DNA of 33,660 nucleotides from Elainellaceae cyanobacterium (GTDB lineage Bacteria; Cyanobacteriota; Cyanobacteriia; CAZCXK01): NCBI GenBank assembly GCA_051117555.1, contig JBNPEG010000094.1, positions 1 to 33,660 of the forward strand, read 5' to 3'. Shown piece by piece: positions 29,658 to 33,660 of this stretch (position 1 is its first letter; each line of letters starts with the position of its first letter). The notes under the pieces were generated by a model. It saw only the letters and a program-made list of their open reading frames with translations, ran no database searches and was not told where the DNA came from. The position numbers and the translations under genes were made by a program.

Positions 29658-29748
29658 GCTCTTCCGTAGAGCCCAAGGGGTGCGTGTCCTTCCCGTCTGC
29701 GGGTTGACCGTCTAAGAATTCAGTCTATGCCGATCAGGTAGCCGTCAA

Positions 29749-31428
29749 CTATTGGCCGCCAAATTGCGATCGCAAGTCTGCAATTTTTTGATCGTCAAGC
29801 TTTTGAAATAACGGAGCAGGTACATCAAACGGGCGATCGCCCTGTAGTACTGTAAAATCAACGGCTGCCGTTAAGGAACTTGTGCGTTCTGCTTCGGATA
29901 AATGCAGGGCATCAAAGATAGTTTGTGCCGTTGATGGAATAAAGGGTGCAGAGGCGATCGCATAGATGCGAATGAGATTAATGCACGTCCGAATCACCAT
30001 GCCAGCCTGTTCACGATCTTTCTTATACAATCCCCACGGGGCTTGCACATCAATATATTGATTGCCAATCGTCCACAACGCACACAGCGCATCGGCTGCT
30101 TTGCGAAATTCTAGTCGATGCAAACACTCTCTAATCGTATTAATCGTCTCCTTACACCGGGCTTCTAGCTCTGCCTCGGCAGTTCCTGGTGTGCCCCCCG
30201 CAGGAATTTGCCCATCAAACCGAGAGGCTGCAAATTTGAGAATTCGATTCACAAAATTCCCAAGATTATCCGCCAAATCCTTGTTGACTTTGGTTTGGAA
30301 CTGCTCCCAGGTAAAGCTAGAGTCAGACGATTCAGGAGATGACGCCATCAGCATATAGCGCCAATAGTCAGCCGGAAGAACCTCAAGCGCCTGATCGAGA
30401 AATACTCCCCGCTTGGCACTCGTTGAAAACTTTCCGCCATAGTAATTTAGCCAGTTAAAGCCCTTGATATAGTCTGCTAGCTTCCAAGGTTCTTTAGTGC
30501 CAAGGATAGTGGCAGGCCACATGATGGTGTGAAACGGCAAGTTATCTTTTGCCATGAACTGCACATATCTGAGGTCGTCAGCTTCGTGCCACCAGTCAAG
30601 CCAATTACGCCCATCTTCCTCGTTTCCCCAGGCTTTGGTCGCAGCCAGATAGCCAATCGGGGCATCAAACCAGACATAAAAGACTTTGTTTTCAAACCCA
30701 GGTCGAGGGACTGGAATTCCCCAGCTCAAGTCGCGGGTAATGCCTCGACTCTGAAGCCCTTCGTTGAGCCACTTCATGGCGATCGATTTGGTGAGTAGGG
30801 GCCAATCATGATGGCGTTCAACCCAGGCTCTCACGTCATCACTCAGCGATTCGAGCTTTAAGAATAGATGCTTGCTCTGGCGCACTTCTAAATGAGTACT
30901 GCCCGAAACAGCAGACCGAGGCTCAATCAAATCGGTGGGATTGAGGACGGAGGTGCAGTTTTCGCACTGATCGCCCCTAGCAGAGGAATAGCCACACTTT
31001 GGGCAGGTTCCAATGACGTAGCGATCGGGTAAAAACCGCTCGTCATGTAAGGAATACATCTGGCTGATTTCTCGTTCTTCGATAAATCCGTTTTCATCCA
31101 GACGCTGATACATGTGCTGGGTCAATTCATGATTTTCGGGGGACGAGGTGCGTCCAAAGTAGTCAAATGACAGCCCAAACCGCTGATAGACATCAGCCTG
31201 TCGCTTATACTGCCGTTGGCAATACTCTGCAACATCGAGTCCTTCTTCGAGAGCTGCTAACTCAGCCGGAGTGCCGTGCTCATCCGTTCCGCAGATAAAG
31301 AGCACCGTTTCACCCTCTTGCCGAAGAAAGCGGGTATACACATCGGCGGGCAGCATCGAGCCGACTAAATTGCCAAGGTGCTTAATGCCATTGATATAGG
31401 GCAATGCACTCGTAATTAAATACCTCAT
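29749..31428 (-). CDS. metG: Methionine--tRNA ligase (no C-terminal Trbp domain)
   Basis: ITSALPYINGIKHLGN, GTDEHG, CPKC...CENC, YVWFDAPIGY and KFSTS motifs; GGAGGAG RBS. Confidence 0.97.
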   Translation of the reverse strand: MRYLITSALPYINGIKHLGNLVGSMLPADVYTRFLRQEGETVLFICGTDEHGTPAELAALEEGLDVAEYCQRQYKRQADVYQRFGLSFDYFGRTSSPENHELTQHMYQRLDENGFIEEREISQMYSLHDERFLPDRYVIGTCPKCGYSSARGDQCENCTSVLNPTDLIEPRSAVSGSTHLEVRQSKHLFLKLESLSDDVRAWVERHHDWPLLTKSIAMKWLNEGLQSRGITRDLSWGIPVPRPGFENKVFYVWFDAPIGYLAATKAWGNEEDGRNWLDWWHEADDLRYVQFMAKDNLPFHTIMWPATILGTKEPWKLADYIKGFNWLNYYGGKFSTSAKRGVFLDQALEVLPADYWRYMLMASSPESSDSSFTWEQFQTKVNKDLADNLGNFVNRILKFAASRFDGQIPAGGTPGTAEAELEARCKETINTIRECLHRLEFRKAADALCALWTIGNQYIDVQAPWGLYKKDREQAGMVIRTCINLIRIYAIASAPFIPSTAQTIFDALHLSEAERTSSLTAAVDFTVLQGDRPFDVPAPLFQKLDDQKIADLRSQFGGQ

Positions 31429-31823
31429 AGCTCCTCCGCCAAGCTGCCTGTTCTGATAGTGTCCGCTATCTCAGATTAGCTTAGAGGCGCTTGAGTTCAC
31501 CGAAAGTTGGTAAGAAAAAGTGGGGCGATGTGACAGGAAGCTGATATAAAATCTGGTACTGTAAGTCCAAATATAATTCTTTGGGTAAAAAATTATTTCT
31601 ATTTTATCTCTGCTTGCAAAAAATGGACAGAATCTTGTCCAGTTTTGGATAGAAAACTACCATGGCAGACTATACAATCTGGACTCTCAATCGAGCCTCA
31701 ATGTTAGTGGAGGGACGCGAGCGTGAGATATGTCAGTGCATTGAAGGGCATTGGTTAGGGAGGCAGTTAGGGCGATCGCCATGGCAGATAACCTGATTGT
31801 TCTTTCATCGGTTCCCCCCAGCT

Positions 31824-32567
31824 TCATCCTCCACTTTTAGGCTGAGCAATAGGAGGGATGGGAGGTTGGTCGTAATCTATCGCCAATTGATAGCGACCTT
31901 TGATATAGACGTAATTGAGTATCGGTTGCAGATCCAGAATCGGTTCTGTGTCTCCGGGTAACAGCGGAATTGGGATGGGAGGGATCGGCTGCGCCAGCGT
32001 AAAGGCGTACAGATCAGCAGTTGGGCGATGCTCACTGCGGCTAATTAAAATGCGATAGTCTCCCAAATTAGGACTGTCAATGGGGAAGGGTTGGCCGCTA
32101 CGGAGCAAATCAATTTCGATCAGGTGAGTCAAGCTAGACAAGATCTGGTTGCGTTTGCGGGAATAGGCGATGCGGCCTTCTCCAGATCGCTTGTTTTTAG
32201 GTGACAGTAACTCAATGACCGTAACGACACGACCTGTTGTAGCCTCACGAATCTCTAGATATCGCTCATTTACTTCTCCTGAAACTGGGAGGGTGACCTT
32301 TTGAGGTTGAACGGGGGAGAGGGTAGCAGTGTTCGTTTGTAGCAATTCTGCACTGTGGCTGGTGGCTACTGCAACATCAGGAAGACCGACGAGCAGGCTT
32401 TCATCATCGCTACTAAAGTAGGTTCGCTTCTCGATTTCAACGCGATAAATGTTGCTAAGGTGGTCTACTAACTCATCGGCGATCGCCACAATCAGCCGAC
32501 TGTGTACTGATGGCCGCAGCTCAGGATTTTCGAGATAAGGATTCATGCCAGGAAAAGGAGATTTCAT
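31824..32567 (-). CDS. DUF4058 family protein (predicted restriction-endonuclease-like fold)
   Basis: MKSPFPGMNPYLE, PDV, IELLSPKNK, HLIEIDLLR and IDY..PP.PP motifs. Confidence 0.9.
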   Translation of the reverse strand: MKSPFPGMNPYLENPELRPSVHSRLIVAIADELVDHLSNIYRVEIEKRTYFSSDDESLLVGLPDVAVATSHSAELLQTNTATLSPVQPQKVTLPVSGEVNERYLEIREATTGRVVTVIELLSPKNKRSGEGRIAYSRKRNQILSSLTHLIEIDLLRSGQPFPIDSPNLGDYRILISRSEHRPTADLYAFTLAQPIPPIPIPLLPGDTEPILDLQPILNYVYIKGRYQLAIDYDQPPIPPIAQPKSGG

Positions 32568-32606
32568 AAGCTGAGTCTGCTTGAGCCTGCTCTTTAATGG
32601 TAGCGA

Positions 32607-32655
32607 GAGAAGGGCAGAAGACAGAAATAAAGGCAGAAATCAGAAGGCAGAAGAA
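32607..32655 (+). repeat. Degenerate heptamer tandem repeat (GGCAGAA-like)
   Basis: agaagggcagaagacagaaataaaggcagaaatcagaaggcagaagaa. Confidence 0.65.
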
Positions 32656-32674
32656 TAATCGCATTTAGAAATCG

Positions 32675-33117
32675 GCGATCGCCTTAGACACATACCTCAA
32701 CGAGCGATCGCCTTGGACACAAACTTGAATGGGCGATCGCCTTTCACACACGCCTCACTAAGCGATCGCCTTAGACACACACCTCAACGAGCGATCGCCT
32801 TGGACACATACCTCAACAAGCGATCGCCTTGGACACAAACATGAATGGGCGATCGCCTTGGACACAAACATGAATGGGCGATCGCCTTGGACACAAACAT
32901 GAATGGGCGATCGCCTTGGACACACACCTCACTGAGCGATCGCCTTGGACACACGCCTCACTGAGCGATCGCCTTTGATATCCACCTCAACGCACGATCG
33001 CCTTTCACACACACCTCAATGAGCGATCGCCCCGGACACATACCTTAATGGGTGATCGCCCTGGACACACACCTTACTAAACGATCGCCTTGGACACATA
33101 CCTCACCAAGCGATCGC
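32675..33117. repeat. 29-bp-period tandem array of HIP1 plus 21 nt (15 units plus a terminal HIP1)
   Basis: Octamers start every 29 bp from 32675 to 33110 (16 sites: 13 perfect GCGATCGC, variants at 32994, 33052, 33081); consensus GCGATCGCCTTGGACACA followed by 11 variable nt. Confidence 0.95.
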
Positions 33118-33124
33118 AAATTCC

Positions 33125-33532
33125 GTTTCCGTCCCCTTGACGATAAACATAATCGCTTTCGGGGTAGTGGGTTGATGAACAGTTAATCCGGGCACTTGAA
33201 AGCAGATTGACAGAGTTTCAGTCCCCTTTCGGGGTAGTGGGTTGATGAACCTTCGCGCTTCAAGTAACCCAGCGCGACGAGTATTAGTTTCAGTCCCCTT
33301 TCGGGGTAGTGGGTTGATGAACCCTGTGCAGCCACTCACTAGGCAACTTAGGCGTTTCAGTCCCCTTTCGGGGTAGTGGGTTGATGAACCGTATCCTATA
33401 TCTATGTTGCCTGCACAGGTTAAAACGTTTCAGTCCCCTTTCGGGGTAGTGGGTTGATGAACACTTGGGTTCCATGCGGCACTTGTTCAGGTTCAGGTTT
33501 CAGTCCCCTTTCGGGGTAGTGGGTTGATGAAC
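33125..33532 (-). CRISPR. CRISPR array, 6 repeats and 5 spacers; 36-nt repeat (minus strand GTTCATCAACCCACTACCCCGAAAGGGGACTGAAAC)
   Basis: Identical repeats at 33215, 33287, 33354, 33427 and 33497, degenerate repeat at 33125-33180; spacers of 34, 36, 31, 37 and 34 nt; minus orientation inferred from the 3' hairpin + ACTGAAAC handle (type III-like) and the degenerate repeat lying at the left. Confidence 0.96.
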
Positions 33533-33641
33533 TTTTTTTGGCTCTTCCGGAATTGGCGTGGTCGACCGCTACCCCTAGTGCATCCTCAGTGAAATGCCGT
33601 TTATGGGATGATTGAGATGCCGACTGTCTAGGAGGCTGACC

Positions 33642-33660
33642 ATGGACAACACGATTCGCA
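33642..33660 (+). CDS. Possible start of a gene running off the window (MDNTIR...)
   Basis: GGAGG at 33631-33635, 6 nt before the ATG; only 6 codons visible. Confidence 0.4.

Noticed and set aside
32675..33117. HIP1 array as a true second CRISPR array
   Set aside because: Variable parts are only ~11 nt, related to each other and recurrent; this is minisatellite-like rather than unique acquired spacers
33103..33475. ORFs of 78 and 61 aa with repeated FINPLPRKGTET
   Set aside because: Translations of CRISPR repeats and spacers
33215..33532. Type V-K (CAST) assignment from GTGGGTTGA similarity
   Set aside because: The repeat does not end in GGGTTGAAAG, has a Cas6-type hairpin with ACTGAAAC handle on the other strand, and no tns, cas12k or tRNA is visible

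Overview
Cyanobacterial chromosomal window (the HIP1 octamer GCGATCGC is frequent throughout; CpcS-type lyase, Ftn6-like, DUF3172 and DUF3122 genes are present). About the first 26 kb is mostly housekeeping or conserved genes: HAD phosphatase, Lhr-like helicase, lysS, ABC-2 permease, an AMIN protein with long acidic tandem repeats, GT4, gmd, rnc, cysteine desulfurase, SDR and radical SAM. Two pseudogenes that the ORF track misses are present (YeeE/YedE-type and OHCU decarboxylase). Two regions are unusual. (1) At 26.4-29.7 kb, two paralogous XRE-HTH genes flank a degenerate-PIN/membrane/RTX fusion protein, next to a repeat-rich putative operator. (2) At 31.8-33.66 kb, a DUF4058 gene is followed by a non-coding 29-bp-period array built on HIP1, which abuts a 6-repeat CRISPR array. 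No cas genes are in the window, the terminal CRISPR repeat carries a 20-nt insertion, and the opposite flank holds a partial anti-repeat. All family assignments come from recognising motifs by eye; no searches were run.
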